Assembly: GCA_050951325.1 (NCBI GenBank)
Contig: JBMNIW010000001.1
Location: 32,001-96,000 of the forward strand
Origin: Clostridia bacterium
GTDB taxonomy: Bacteria; Bacillota; Clostridia; UBA1212; DUPL01
Reading direction: 5' to 3'
Length of the DNA: 64,000 bases
The notes under the pieces: generated by a model
What the model was told of the DNA's origin: nothing
The model's input: only the letters and a program-made list of their open reading frames with translations
Databases searched by the model: none
Made by a program: the position numbers and the translations under genes
Shown here: piece by piece, positions 20,708 through 30,410 of the stretch
Layout: each line of letters opens with the position of its first letter
How positions within the stretch are numbered: position 1 is the first letter of the stretch

Positions 20708-21237
20708 TTGTATAATTTGACGTAGAGTTGCAACAATTCAACGACACTGCCTTCCCCGGCATGATTTACAAGGAACTCTGCAAATCCAATTTTCTCACCA
20801 CTTTGTTCGTCACGCCCGGTCTTTTCATCAAAAGACTGGGTTGTTTTTATAAAATCCTTCAAAGCTTCCCTGGTCATTTCATTAGCATCAGCAATTCTAT
20901 TTCTTAGTGTCTCCATTTCCTTAAGTCGAATCTGAAATACCCCTATCATATCTACAAGTTCATAAAACTTTTCATAAAGCTTTCCCTGCTCCTTGCTAAC
21001 CTCTTCCAGATAATTTGCATATTCCTCATTTGCCTTAACCATAACATCAATAGTCTTTAAAGCAATTTTATCCCGGGAGAAACGTTTTTCCTCCTCGTAC
21101 ATGAACTTGACTTCCTCCAGCTTCTCCTTGAGATACAAATTGTCATCCTGAAGTGTGTCTATTCTTTTCTCGTAGTCATCGATTATCTTTCTTGTTTGCT
21201 TTCTACTGTAACCAAAAAGCTGCTTTTTCAACTTCAT
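20701..21237 (-). CDS. DivIVA-like coiled-coil protein
   Basis: N-terminal 'LKKQLFGYSRKQT..IIDDY...I..L...N..LKE' resembles the DivIVA membrane-targeting domain; coiled coil follows. Confidence 0.55.
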   Translation of the reverse strand: MKLKKQLFGYSRKQTRKIIDDYEKRIDTLQDDNLYLKEKLEEVKFMYEEEKRFSRDKIALKTIDVMVKANEEYANYLEEVSKEQGKLYEKFYELVDMIGVFQIRLKEMETLRNRIADANEMTREALKDFIKTTQSFDEKTGRDEQSGEKIGFAEFLVNHAGEGSVVELLQLYVKLYNH

Positions 21238-21283
21238 AAAAACTTCCCCTTTTAGACATGGAAAAAGGATTGTTATCAACAAT

Positions 21284-21634
21284 CTAGCTTTTCTCGTCGA
21301 TAAACAATCCTTCCTGGTTAGTGGCTTTTGGATAATAGGAGATTTGCTTTTTAGCATTGGCAGCGTTTCTTACGCTTTTTGCGTAAAGCTCGAGAATCAG
21401 TTTGATTTTCCTCTCATTCTCCTTATCCATCTCATAGATTTTTTTTAATTCCTCCTGAAGTGAGGTGTCAAACTTAACATTGTGAACAACAAACTCATCT
21501 ATAATAGCCTGCCTGTTTGCAACAAGCGTTTCAATACCATCAATGTCCGTCTCCTCTTCATCAAGGCTATCGGATATTTTTTTTGTAAGTGCGAACAACT
21601 CTTCAACCTTTTTCGTAATTGTATCAATATCCAT
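21284..21634 (-). CDS. fliT: Flagellar protein FliT-like
   Basis: Directly after fliS; 'LVANRQAIID', C-terminal 'GLFIDEK'. Confidence 0.65.
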   Translation of the reverse strand: MDIDTITKKVEELFALTKKISDSLDEEETDIDGIETLVANRQAIIDEFVVHNVKFDTSLQEELKKIYEMDKENERKIKLILELYAKSVRNAANAKKQISYYPKATNQEGLFIDEKS

Positions 21635-21635
21635 A

Positions 21636-22043
21636 CTATGCTCCATCGCCGGTGTTGTCGTATGCAACTTTTCTCTCAATCTTTATAGCTTCTTCCCATG
21701 CATCCCTTATCTCGGTTATCCTGTTGATAGCCTCGTTGAGCTTCTCCGTGTCGTTTGATATGTTTGCAAGTATGAGCAATCTGTACACATACTCATATAT
21801 CTGGAACAGATTGTTCGATAACTCATAGCTCATATCAAGGGTAGACATAAGTTCCGTCAAGATTGCCTCCGCCTTCTGGATGGCATTGTTCTTAAGCTCA
21901 TGGTTGTTCTCTTCAATGTGCAAGAGCGCCAAATTCATCTGCTTGATGCATCCGTCATAAAGCATCAGGGTAAGATCCCCTGGCGATGCAGTCATAATCG
22001 CTTGCGTTTTATACTTCTGATAAGGATTTACCGCCATTTTCAC
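21636..22043 (-). CDS. fliS: Flagellin chaperone FliS
   Basis: 'NPYQKY...IMTASPGDLTLMLYDG', 'LFQIYEY', 'IRDAW'. Confidence 0.95.
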   Translation of the reverse strand: MKMAVNPYQKYKTQAIMTASPGDLTLMLYDGCIKQMNLALLHIEENNHELKNNAIQKAEAILTELMSTLDMSYELSNNLFQIYEYVYRLLILANISNDTEKLNEAINRITEIRDAWEEAIKIERKVAYDNTGDGA

Positions 22044-22049
22044 CTCTCC

Positions 22050-23570
22050 TTACTGTCCTTGATTAAACTGTGCGTAAAGCCAGGACTGCTGGGAATACAT
22101 ATTGGACAAAGCCGCTTCAAGGCGGGCAAACTGCCTGTAGTATCTCTCCTGGATTTCATACAATTTTATTTCAAGATCACTAATCTTATCCTCGTACTCC
22201 CTTATTCCTCTGTCCATCCTGTCAATCTGAAGGCTGTCATAGTATGTATTGAAAGTAGAGGTCATTCTTGCAAAGAATCCACTTTGCGCATACTTCTCAC
22301 TGGTAGACAGTTCTGCTCCTGAAGGAGAAGACTGCATGAAAAGATTCATGACATCATCGGGTCTTTCTTTAATGTACTTTGCAAGCTTGGTCTCATCCAC
22401 ATGAAGTTTTCCCTTCTCCAGGTAACTTCCAGTGGTTATGCCAATATCGCTTAGGGCAAGACCTATACCCTCCACCTTTTGATATATGGAAGAGCGCAAT
22501 GAGTTAACCAATTTGGAAAGAGCGGGATCGTTCTTAAGAAGACCACTTTTTGCCTTGGCCTCCCACTCCTCAATATCCTTTGCTTCCATCTCCTTCTTTT
22601 GAGCCTCGGTCAATGGAGCAAAGTCATAATTCTTTTTCTCACTTAGAAGACCATTAAGCTCTTCTACAAGCTCATTGTATTTCTGTACAAATTCCTTTAT
22701 CTTGTCAACAGTATGCTGCACATCCCTGCTTACAACAAAATCCACAGGGGCGTTTGTTTTGCCTGTAAGGTTGTATGTTATTCCATCAATTGTGAAACTG
22801 TTGGAACTCTTTTTAACATCCACACCGTTGATGGTAACGAATGCGTCTTCTCCGTTAACAACAGCATCACCCAGACCAAACAGACTGCCTTCAACATTCT
22901 TGAAATCAATTACAGCATCCTCGCCTGTGTTCTTGGTCTCAATATGCAGGCTCATTGTAAGTTCGCTGAAATGCATGTTTACCCCTGCATCGCTTCTGTT
23001 AACTGTATCCAGCATATGTTTTATTGTATCCGTTGATTCAAAGGTAAATGTCTCATCATTTATTGTAAATGACAGTGTTTTCCTAACCTCTTCTCCGTTT
23101 TCAGGATCCATTGGCTCTTCATGAAATTCCAAACCTTCTACAGATTCCAAGGTGGCATACATACCAGGAATACTGTCAACAGAAAGATTTGCAGACAGCT
23201 TTGCAGTCTCTGCAAGTCTTGTGATTTTATCTATCCTGTATGTACCTTCCCTTGCTGAACTGTTAGCGGTTATCTTTACATAAGGGTTTGCAGCCATCTC
23301 GACATTGAACTTCTTGTATACGGAGGAAGTGTTCATGTTCAAGCTACTGAGAGCACTAGAATAAGTGTCTCTGAACGTTCTCAGCTTGTTCCTGACATTT
23401 GTTACAGCTTCCCTTCTCCACTCTGCAAGAACTTTCTGTCTATATACCTTGTCAACCTTAAGTTGTTCTATTCTCATCAAATCATTAACGATGGAATCAG
23501 TATCAAGTCCTGATGCCATTCCGGTCAATCTGAGGCGTGATGACAACCCATTTATTGAGTTTAACGACAT
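22050..23570 (-). CDS. fliD: Flagellar filament cap protein FliD
   Basis: 'GMASGLDTDSIV', 'SNSFTIDG', 'PLTEAQK..M....IE.WE.KAKSGLL', 'QFARLE'. Confidence 0.95.
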   Translation of the reverse strand: MSLNSINGLSSRLRLTGMASGLDTDSIVNDLMRIEQLKVDKVYRQKVLAEWRREAVTNVRNKLRTFRDTYSSALSSLNMNTSSVYKKFNVEMAANPYVKITANSSAREGTYRIDKITRLAETAKLSANLSVDSIPGMYATLESVEGLEFHEEPMDPENGEEVRKTLSFTINDETFTFESTDTIKHMLDTVNRSDAGVNMHFSELTMSLHIETKNTGEDAVIDFKNVEGSLFGLGDAVVNGEDAFVTINGVDVKKSSNSFTIDGITYNLTGKTNAPVDFVVSRDVQHTVDKIKEFVQKYNELVEELNGLLSEKKNYDFAPLTEAQKKEMEAKDIEEWEAKAKSGLLKNDPALSKLVNSLRSSIYQKVEGIGLALSDIGITTGSYLEKGKLHVDETKLAKYIKERPDDVMNLFMQSSPSGAELSTSEKYAQSGFFARMTSTFNTYYDSLQIDRMDRGIREYEDKISDLEIKLYEIQERYYRQFARLEAALSNMYSQQSWLYAQFNQGQ

Positions 23571-23601
23571 AACATTACCTCCTTTGTTTTCTACACTTAT
23601 A

Positions 23602-23628
23602 TTATCGATATTAAGGGAGAAAACTTTA
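23602..23628 (-). promoter_or_regulatory. Sigma-28 (SigD/FliA) promoter of fliD
   Basis: TAAAGTTT-N11-ATCGATAA on the minus strand. Confidence 0.85.
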
Positions 23629-23735
23629 GCAATTCAGACCACATATTAATTTATCCGTACCCAGAAGTTGTATTTGTGCTGTTAATGGTATAGAATAGAC
23701 ATAAATTTACTGATGGTAGAGGGGTGTAATGCATC

Positions 23736-26321
23736 TTGAAACGAAGAATATTGGTAATCTTACTTGCAGGCCTTGTATTCACAACGAACATGTCTGTAAT
23801 AGGCGAGAGAAAGATAGAAGAGCTGGGAGACGGCTATTACAGATACGTGAATGACTTTAATGCTTCAAAGCAGTTCATAATCAACGATACACTGCTTGCT
23901 TTTAACAATGAAAACAATTTCCAATTTAAAGATGGTGTCATAAGTATTGAGGGGGATACTTGGGCATTGTTCACCACATCCCAGCTGCTCGGCGAAAAGC
24001 CATATACAGTAACCATGGATGTCATGTCCAAGGAGGTCAACCCTGCGGCAACCTGCGGAGCTGCTTTTAATGTCAGAGCTAAAAAGGCATCCACTTTCAT
24101 GGATCAGGGCATTACGTTCATGGTAAGAAACAAATCCTTGAGGGTGTTCATGAAAACCCGTGAACTTGCCCATATTCAGCTGCCCTTTTCCTTTGCAGAC
24201 GAAATGAGAAAAGTATATATCGAGGATAATCTCGATGTAATTAGATTCCATGCAGATGACGATAACGGCAAGGTATTGCTTGCTGAAGTTGAGCTGACAG
24301 AAGAAAGAGTAACAGTTAAAGACAACAAAGGCAAGCAAAAAGGCAACGCAAAAAGGGAAAATGTACCCGATACAGGCTTCTTTGGTTTTATGTCCCACTT
24401 TGCCAAAACCACTGTTGACAACTTCTCCTTTGAGTATTATATAGAGCAGTATGAGCCTGCTGACATGTCAAACTTCTGGGACACGTATTATGACACATGG
24501 GTTGCTACGGATGATTTGGAAAGAACTCTTCCAGTAACATATACAAATACGGTTAAAAAGAATAAAAAGGTAGGAATCTTCTACTTTCTGTGGCATGACA
24601 GAAACGGCGGACCCTTGTTTGACCACTATGCCGCATATCTGGAAGGCGGAATTGACAAGGTTTGGGATATTATCAAACAAGGCGACGAAGGTTATGGCCA
24701 TTATTGGGCAGAACCCTATTTTGGCTACTACCGTTCCGATGACGAGTGGGTTATTAGAAAGCACACAACCATGCTTGTAAATGCAGGCATCGACTTTATA
24801 TATTTCGACATGTCAAACGGACACATATATGAGCATGTGCTTACCAAAATTCTTGGTACATGGAAGCAAATGAGAGAAGAAGGCTTGAAAACACCTGAGT
24901 TCGTCTGCTTCCTGGGAGACAGAACCGATCTAGGGTATAAAACAGCAATGGATGTATGGAATACGGTATACCAGCATGGTATTTACAGGGACATGTATTT
25001 TATGTGGGATGGAAAACCTTTGCTACTTGGAAATCTTGCAGAGGTGCCCGATGAGATTAAGGAGAACTTTACCATTAGGAGATCCTGGGCGTTTACCGAT
25101 TGGGACTGGTATACCGAATCTGACGGAAAAGGCAAATGGCCATGGATTGCACTTCATCCGCAAGGTCCGGGCAAAAGCTTTGAAGGAATTATTGAACAGG
25201 TGATAGTTTCCTGCGGATTCCATTCCAACTCCTCCTCAGGAAGAAGCTTTCACAATGGTCAGCAGCCAACGGACGGTAAAAACGCCTTTGAATTCGAGCT
25301 GGAAACCACTCCTTTAGGACTTGCCTTCAAGGAGCAGTGGGAGCACGCTCTTAAGATAAATCCTCCTATTGTAATGGTAACAGGTTGGAACGAATGGTGG
25401 GCAGGCAGGTGGCCAAACGCAGGAGAAGGACAGAAAATAGCAAATACTTATACCATAACCAAGGACCACCCTGATTACATGCACAATTATGTGGATTGTT
25501 TCAATCCTGAATTCAGCCGTGACATAGAGCCCATGAAATACGGTTTTGGAGACAACTACTACTATCAAATGGTAAGCTACATAAGGCAGTTCAAAGGAGC
25601 AAGACCACTACCCACCGCAACAAAACCAAAAACAATAACCATTAACAATGATTTTTCCCAGTGGGATGATGTGGGTCCGGAGTTCAGAGATACAATCAAT
25701 GACACTAAGCACAGGGATTTCCCCGGAAATGCCAGCGGACTTCATTACACCAATACCACCGGAAGAAACGACATAGTATCCGCAAAGGTTGCAAGGGACC
25801 AGGATTACATCTACTTCCTTGTAACAACAAAGGAAGATATTACAGCGCCAGAAGGTGAAAACTGGATGAACCTCTATATTGACGCAGATCAGAATTTCAA
25901 CACAGGCTGGAAGGGTTACGACTATGTTATCAACAGATCCAGGACGGAAAACACGGTTTCTGTGGAAAAGTCTGTGGATAACTCTTACGTTTGGGAAATA
26001 ATTCACGATGCAGAGTACATTATTTCGGGAAATAATTTGCATCTGAGGATTCCCCTCTCGGTTTTGAACCTTACAACTGACTCATCCTTTGACTTTAAAT
26101 GGGCTGACAACTCCACCACCACAGGTGAAATCATGGAGTTTATGGACAAAGGAGATGCAGCTCCTGATGACAGGTTCAACTTCAGATTCGTTGCATCAGC
26201 TCCCGTTGATAACATAAGTGAAACAGCGATAATAATTATAGCAGCGGCTTCCGTAGCAGCAGTTATAATCGTAATTGCAGTACTGCTTGCACGTAGAAAC
26301 AGAATTGAAAAAGTAAAATAA
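23736..26321 (+). CDS. Surface-anchored GH99/GH71-like glycoside hydrolase with extra N-terminal beta-sandwich; paralog of 13961-15952
   Basis: 'DDLERTLP', 'VGIFYFLWH', 'WAEPYFGYY', 'MLVNAGIDF.YFDMSN', 'TGWNEW', 'SRDIEP', 'RNDIV..KV'; C-terminal TM. Confidence 0.72.
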   Translation: MKRRILVILLAGLVFTTNMSVIGERKIEELGDGYYRYVNDFNASKQFIINDTLLAFNNENNFQFKDGVISIEGDTWALFTTSQLLGEKPYTVTMDVMSKEVNPAATCGAAFNVRAKKASTFMDQGITFMVRNKSLRVFMKTRELAHIQLPFSFADEMRKVYIEDNLDVIRFHADDDNGKVLLAEVELTEERVTVKDNKGKQKGNAKRENVPDTGFFGFMSHFAKTTVDNFSFEYYIEQYEPADMSNFWDTYYDTWVATDDLERTLPVTYTNTVKKNKKVGIFYFLWHDRNGGPLFDHYAAYLEGGIDKVWDIIKQGDEGYGHYWAEPYFGYYRSDDEWVIRKHTTMLVNAGIDFIYFDMSNGHIYEHVLTKILGTWKQMREEGLKTPEFVCFLGDRTDLGYKTAMDVWNTVYQHGIYRDMYFMWDGKPLLLGNLAEVPDEIKENFTIRRSWAFTDWDWYTESDGKGKWPWIALHPQGPGKSFEGIIEQVIVSCGFHSNSSSGRSFHNGQQPTDGKNAFEFELETTPLGLAFKEQWEHALKINPPIVMVTGWNEWWAGRWPNAGEGQKIANTYTITKDHPDYMHNYVDCFNPEFSRDIEPMKYGFGDNYYYQMVSYIRQFKGARPLPTATKPKTITINNDFSQWDDVGPEFRDTINDTKHRDFPGNASGLHYTNTTGRNDIVSAKVARDQDYIYFLVTTKEDITAPEGENWMNLYIDADQNFNTGWKGYDYVINRSRTENTVSVEKSVDNSYVWEIIHDAEYIISGNNLHLRIPLSVLNLTTDSSFDFKWADNSTTTGEIMEFMDKGDAAPDDRFNFRFVASAPVDNISETAIIIIAAASVAAVIIVIAVLLARRNRIEKVK

Positions 26322-26323
26322 CC

Positions 26324-26363
26324 AAAAAGAAGGCTCCAGCATTTTTGCCGGAGCCTTCTTTTT
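26324..26363. terminator. Bidirectional intrinsic terminator
   Basis: AAAAAGAAGGCTCC...GGAGCCTTCTTTTT between convergent genes. Confidence 0.75.
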
Positions 26364-26439
26364 ATGTCATCAAACCTCTACTCTTTCCCCACATATTATT
26401 AAAGGAAATATTCATAAAACCTATTAACACAACATATAC

Positions 26440-26648
26440 TTAATGGCGGTTTGCTGTTTCGTAACACCATCTTGCAATGTCTGCTATCAAATCAAGCGCT
26501 TCTTCCATAAGCTAGGCATGCTCCATGATATTCTATCCTCCGCATCTGGAACAACTTCTTTAATTGCCTCCCTAACTTTAAAAAGTAAAGGCTGCACGTT
26601 CTCTTCCTGCATTAAAATATATTCATCTATTGTTGATACTCTCCGCAT
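26440..26648 (-). pseudogene. YdhG/DUF1801-family remnant with internal deletion
   Basis: Reads MRRVSTIDEYILMQEENVQPLLFKVREAIKEVVPDAEDRISWSMP, then jumps in another frame to the family C-terminus LIADIARWCYET; the central part is missing. Confidence 0.65.
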
Positions 26649-26660
26649 GCCACTACCCCC

Positions 26661-27206
26661 TCAAACACGAAGATAACCTCTAAAACCTCTTGATGCATAA
26701 TAGGATTCCGCACCATTGTGGTAGACAAAAACAGTATCATATCTTTTATCGCAGAACAATGCTCCTCCCAGCTTCCTTATACGCTCAGGAGTCTTTACCC
26801 AGCTTGATGTCTTTGTATCAAAATCACCCAAACTCTGCAACTTGTGGTACTCTTCCACCGTTAAAATCTCTATGCCCATTTCTTTTGCCATGCCAAGAGC
26901 ACTGCCTGTTGGCTTGTTTGCTTTCCTGGATTCCCATGCTTCATTATCGTAACACAGGCTTCTCCTTCCCGCAGGACTTTCAGGAGAACAATCAAAGAAA
27001 ACATACTCATCCTTCTCCCTGTCGTACGCCACCATGTCAGGCTCTCCTCCACTTATCTCCATTTTCTGAAGAACCTTGAGCTTTTCATCGTTTGACTCAA
27101 GTTTCCCAAGTACATCCTTCCATTCAATACCTTCATGCCTGTTTCTATTCTTCTCAAAACGTTCCCTTAATGTATCCAAAAGCTTGTTTCTTTCTTCTTG
27201 TTTCAT
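26661..27206 (-). CDS. DUF4256 family protein
   Basis: 'RFEKN.NRH..IEW', 'GGEPD', 'ESPAGRRSLCYD', 'DTKTSSW', 'YHNGAESYYASRGFRG'. Confidence 0.9.
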   Translation of the reverse strand: MKQEERNKLLDTLRERFEKNRNRHEGIEWKDVLGKLESNDEKLKVLQKMEISGGEPDMVAYDREKDEYVFFDCSPESPAGRRSLCYDNEAWESRKANKPTGSALGMAKEMGIEILTVEEYHKLQSLGDFDTKTSSWVKTPERIRKLGGALFCDKRYDTVFVYHNGAESYYASRGFRGYLRV

Positions 27207-27223
27207 ATATTATCCCTCACGTT

Positions 27224-29118
27224 TCAGCTTCTCTTTCTTACGATAATAAAAACAATTAAAACCAACGCCCCTGCACCTATAACTATTAAATATGCTGCAC
27301 CAAACTCATTATCCTCAATGCCTGTATCAGGGGTATTTGTCACATTCGGTGTGGGACTTGGACTATTTGTCTCTTCTGCATGAGTTTCCTCAGCACCCAT
27401 TGTTGGCTTGGGTGTGCTGGTGGCACTGCTTTCTGTAAGAACTGGAGTATCCGTAGGACGGGTTGTTTCCTCCCCTGCGGTAGGTTTAACAGGCTCCAGT
27501 TTTGGTATTATCTCCGTTAGTTCATCCTTGCATACCGAGCATACCTTCTTTTTAAGACCTTCTTCATGCTCAGTAGGGTTCTTAACTATAATCCAGTCTT
27601 CATATGTGTGGTCCTTCTTTGGTATAATCTCGGTACTTAATATAGAACCACATATACTGCAAATAGTCTCCTTCTTTCCATTACTTGTACATGTTGCCTC
27701 CGTTATTTCCACATGGGTTGATTCATGCCTGCAATCCTGCTTTACAAACACGGCATTCACAACAAGGTCCTTGTTTGGCATTTTGCCAGGCAGGTTAGGT
27801 TCCCATCCAACAAAATCATATCCTGGTTTTTCTGGAGCTGCTGGCAAAATGATACTGTCACCTTCCTTGTATACTTGTGTTGTATACACACTGCCATCAA
27901 CCTTGTATGTCACAGTATATGTAAACTGTATGGTATCAAGGTTGACACTGCCATTTGTGACATATGTATCATCATTAGGTGATATGTATTGGTAGTATGT
28001 AAGAATGTTGTTCTTTATGGTGAAGTAATAGATGTAGCCGTTTGATGTGTTTGGCGTGGCTATTTCCATGCTTTTTCCTGTAACCGTATCATACGCAAAC
28101 ACCTTTGTCGGAGTGTTGTAGAACAAATATCCATTATACTCACCAAGACCTGTAAAACAACCTTTCCAATAAGAGCCACCTCCTACAACCGGCCACATGT
28201 CCTGTATCGTGAACAGCTGAGTACTTTTATTGGTGCCAAAATCATACTTGTACAATGTGGAATTTGAGCTGTTTATGTAATACCAGCTTCCTCTTACGTA
28301 AGCAAAAGGAGCATCCACATCTCCCCAGAAGTAGTTGTCATACCTGGTCGAATTTGCTGGATAATTACTGTTCCAGGAGTAGTGATCCGTATCTTTTATA
28401 CCATCATCACTTCTAAGGAAATTATCATGTTTTACCCTTCCTGGTTTGTCCATAATTGGATCGTCCCATGTTACATCTACATGATACCACTTTCCATCAA
28501 TCTTTATTAAATTCCAAATATGGTTCATCAAGTCACTTTCAGCATAAACACTTCAATGCCAAGCTTTTTCAATACTGCCATGTATGCAAGCGTGTATGAC
28601 TGGCATACACCTTTTCCCTCCTTGAAATAGCTGTATGCATCATTTATTTCCAAATCCATATCATATTCATAATTGGCAGCAAGATAGTCATGCACATACA
28701 AAGCCTTTTCAATATCACTCAATCCAGATGGCACACTCTTTACAATGTCATCAACGAACTGATTGTATTCCTTCCTTGCATTAGCCAAAGCATTTCCCGT
28801 CATCTTGTATGAAGGAATCACTTTGATTATTGTGTTGTTAACCATCTGTATTTGATACTGGTATTCAACATAAAAAAGTTCAGGACTCTCATAAAGAATC
28901 GAAAAGTATGTATCTCTAACATCAGACGCCATCGATGTAGACAAATTCAAAGGCTTTAAATCTATTTCTCCAGACACTGATGAAAGCCCGGAGTATATAA
29001 CGTTGTACAAATCATTGCTCTGGCTGTGAACTGGGACATATGCAAGGCTTGATACACAAATGAGAACCAGTGTCAATACGACCAAAACCGTCCTTCTAAA
29101 GTTTATTCGTTTAGTCAT
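27224..29118 (-). CDS. Surface-anchored transglutaminase-like (Cys-His-Asp) protein, split by one frameshift near 28540
   Basis: Upstream ORF has a signal peptide and 'GVCQSY' (catalytic Cys); downstream ORF begins 'NHIWN...WYHVDVTWDD' (His, Asp), then an InlB-B-like repeat, CxxC repeats, a T/P linker and a TM. The triad is split across the two ORFs, so this is one gene. Confidence 0.8.
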
Positions 29119-29618
29119 ACCAACACCCCATTATACTCAATTCGTGAAAACAAAATATTTATAAACTCACCAAGACCTTTTGCATCTTCCATATCAAATC
29201 TGTTTAACACAGGACTATCTATGTCCAATACTCCTATCAAGTTATCTCCCTTGACAATAGGCAGAACAATTTCTGATCTGGATGCAGGATCACATACAAT
29301 ATGACCCGGAAACTCTTCAGTATTCTTAACTACCTGCACTTTCAGACTTGCAGCTGCACTGCCGCACACCCCTTTACCTATCGGAATTCTTACACATGCA
29401 GGTTTTCCCTGAAAGGGTCCAAGCACCAGTTCCTCATCCCTGTATAAATAGAAACCTGCCCAATTAATATCGGGCATAAGGTTATACAGTAAAGCAGATG
29501 CATTGCAAAGCCCAGACAGCCAGTCTCGGTCGTCTCCCAACAATGCATCAAGATATTTATTTAATCTATTATAAAACTCTTTCTTGTTATCTGTCTCAAT
29601 CAACTCATATGTAAACAT
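29115..29618 (-). CDS. msrC: GAF-domain free methionine-R-sulfoxide reductase
   Basis: 'NWAGFYL', 'LGPFQGKPACVRI..GKGVCG', 'FPGHIVCD..SRSEIV.P', 'LDIDSP...RF'. Confidence 0.9.
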   Translation of the reverse strand: MFTYELIETDNKKEFYNRLNKYLDALLGDDRDWLSGLCNASALLYNLMPDINWAGFYLYRDEELVLGPFQGKPACVRIPIGKGVCGSAAASLKVQVVKNTEEFPGHIVCDPASRSEIVLPIVKGDNLIGVLDIDSPVLNRFDMEDAKGLGEFINILFSRIEYNGVLV

Positions 29619-29649
29619 AATCAATGCTCCAATACTGTTTATATGGTTA

Positions 29650-29678
29650 ATTATAAAGAAGTATGGAGATATGGTCAA
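29650..29678 (-). promoter_or_regulatory. Sigma-A promoter of the msrC operon
   Basis: TTGACC-N17-TATAAT on the minus strand. Confidence 0.75.
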
Positions 29679-29803
29679 ATGAAATAGTTTACTATCAAGA
29701 GTCTGAGTCACCGAACTACTTCCGCCACACTATATGGTTTTTTTGCTACGTTTTTATTGTCGTATGCTACAGCTGCGTTCTCCTTAACGATAATTCCCTA
29801 TTC

Positions 29804-30202
29804 TCACATCATATTCATATGATGATGCGTATCCACATGTTGCTGCATATCCATATGTTGCTGCATATCCATACGATGATGCGTATCCATATTAAGTTGC
29901 ATCTGTTCATCCATCTGTCTCTGTAATTCAATCTGATTCTGAATTTGCATGTTTATTTCCTGTTGCTGCATCTGATCCATAAACAATTGCTGCTGCATCT
30001 GAAACTGTCTAAGTTGTTCCTCGTTTTGCATTCGGTTAACCATTTGTTGATGCTGGTCTATGTTGTTGTTATAAAGCGTCTGCTGGTTATTATATGGTTT
30101 GTTTTTATTAACTATATAGACTATTGTAACTATCATACATACTAGAATTATTGCAACCACTACACATACAAGGAAACCGATAACAAGTATCATACTAAAC
30201 AT
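29804..30202 (-). CDS. Single-TM protein with Q/N/M/H-rich low-complexity tail
   Basis: RBS AAGGAG, ATG 30202; long hydrophobic N-terminus, then QQQ/MDMQQH/DTHH repeats. Confidence 0.7.
   Translation of the reverse strand: MFSMILVIGFLVCVVVAIILVCMIVTIVYIVNKNKPYNNQQTLYNNNIDQHQQMVNRMQNEEQLRQFQMQQQLFMDQMQQQEINMQIQNQIELQRQMDEQMQLNMDTHHRMDMQQHMDMQQHVDTHHHMNMM
29821..29890. repeat. Short coding tandem repeats (18-bp period)
   Basis: ATGTTGCTGCATATCCAT twice, flanked by two copies of GATGATGCGTATCCA. Confidence 0.75.
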
Positions 30203-30230
30203 ATTACAACTCTCCTTTATTATTTTCTGT

Positions 30231-30264
30231 ATTATATTACATTTCCGGGACAAAAAATTGCACT
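30231..30264 (-). promoter_or_regulatory. Conserved element copy 1: AGTGCAATTTTTTGTC-CC-N10-TATAAT
   Basis: 16-mer at 30249-30264 is identical to copies 2 and 3; -10 box at 30231-30236. Confidence 0.8.
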
Positions 30265-30361
30265 AATGATATTAATATAAAGTATATATTCATTTTCTGG
30301 TGTTGCCTGTTATTATGACCGTACGGCATATTAGAGACATTCACAGTTCCATTTGGGTCTT

Positions 30362-30397
30362 AAAAGCTGTCGCATATTTTTCTATACGACAGCTTTT
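30362..30397 (-). terminator. Intrinsic terminator after lipoprotein gene
   Basis: AAAAGCTGTCG...CGACAGCTTTT. Confidence 0.7.
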
Positions 30398-30410
30398 TGT
30401 TCTAACTACC

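Noticed and set aside
27224-29118. Two-gene split transglutaminase
   Set aside because: The catalytic Cys and His/Asp fall either side of a single frameshift; one gene with an indel is the simpler reading.
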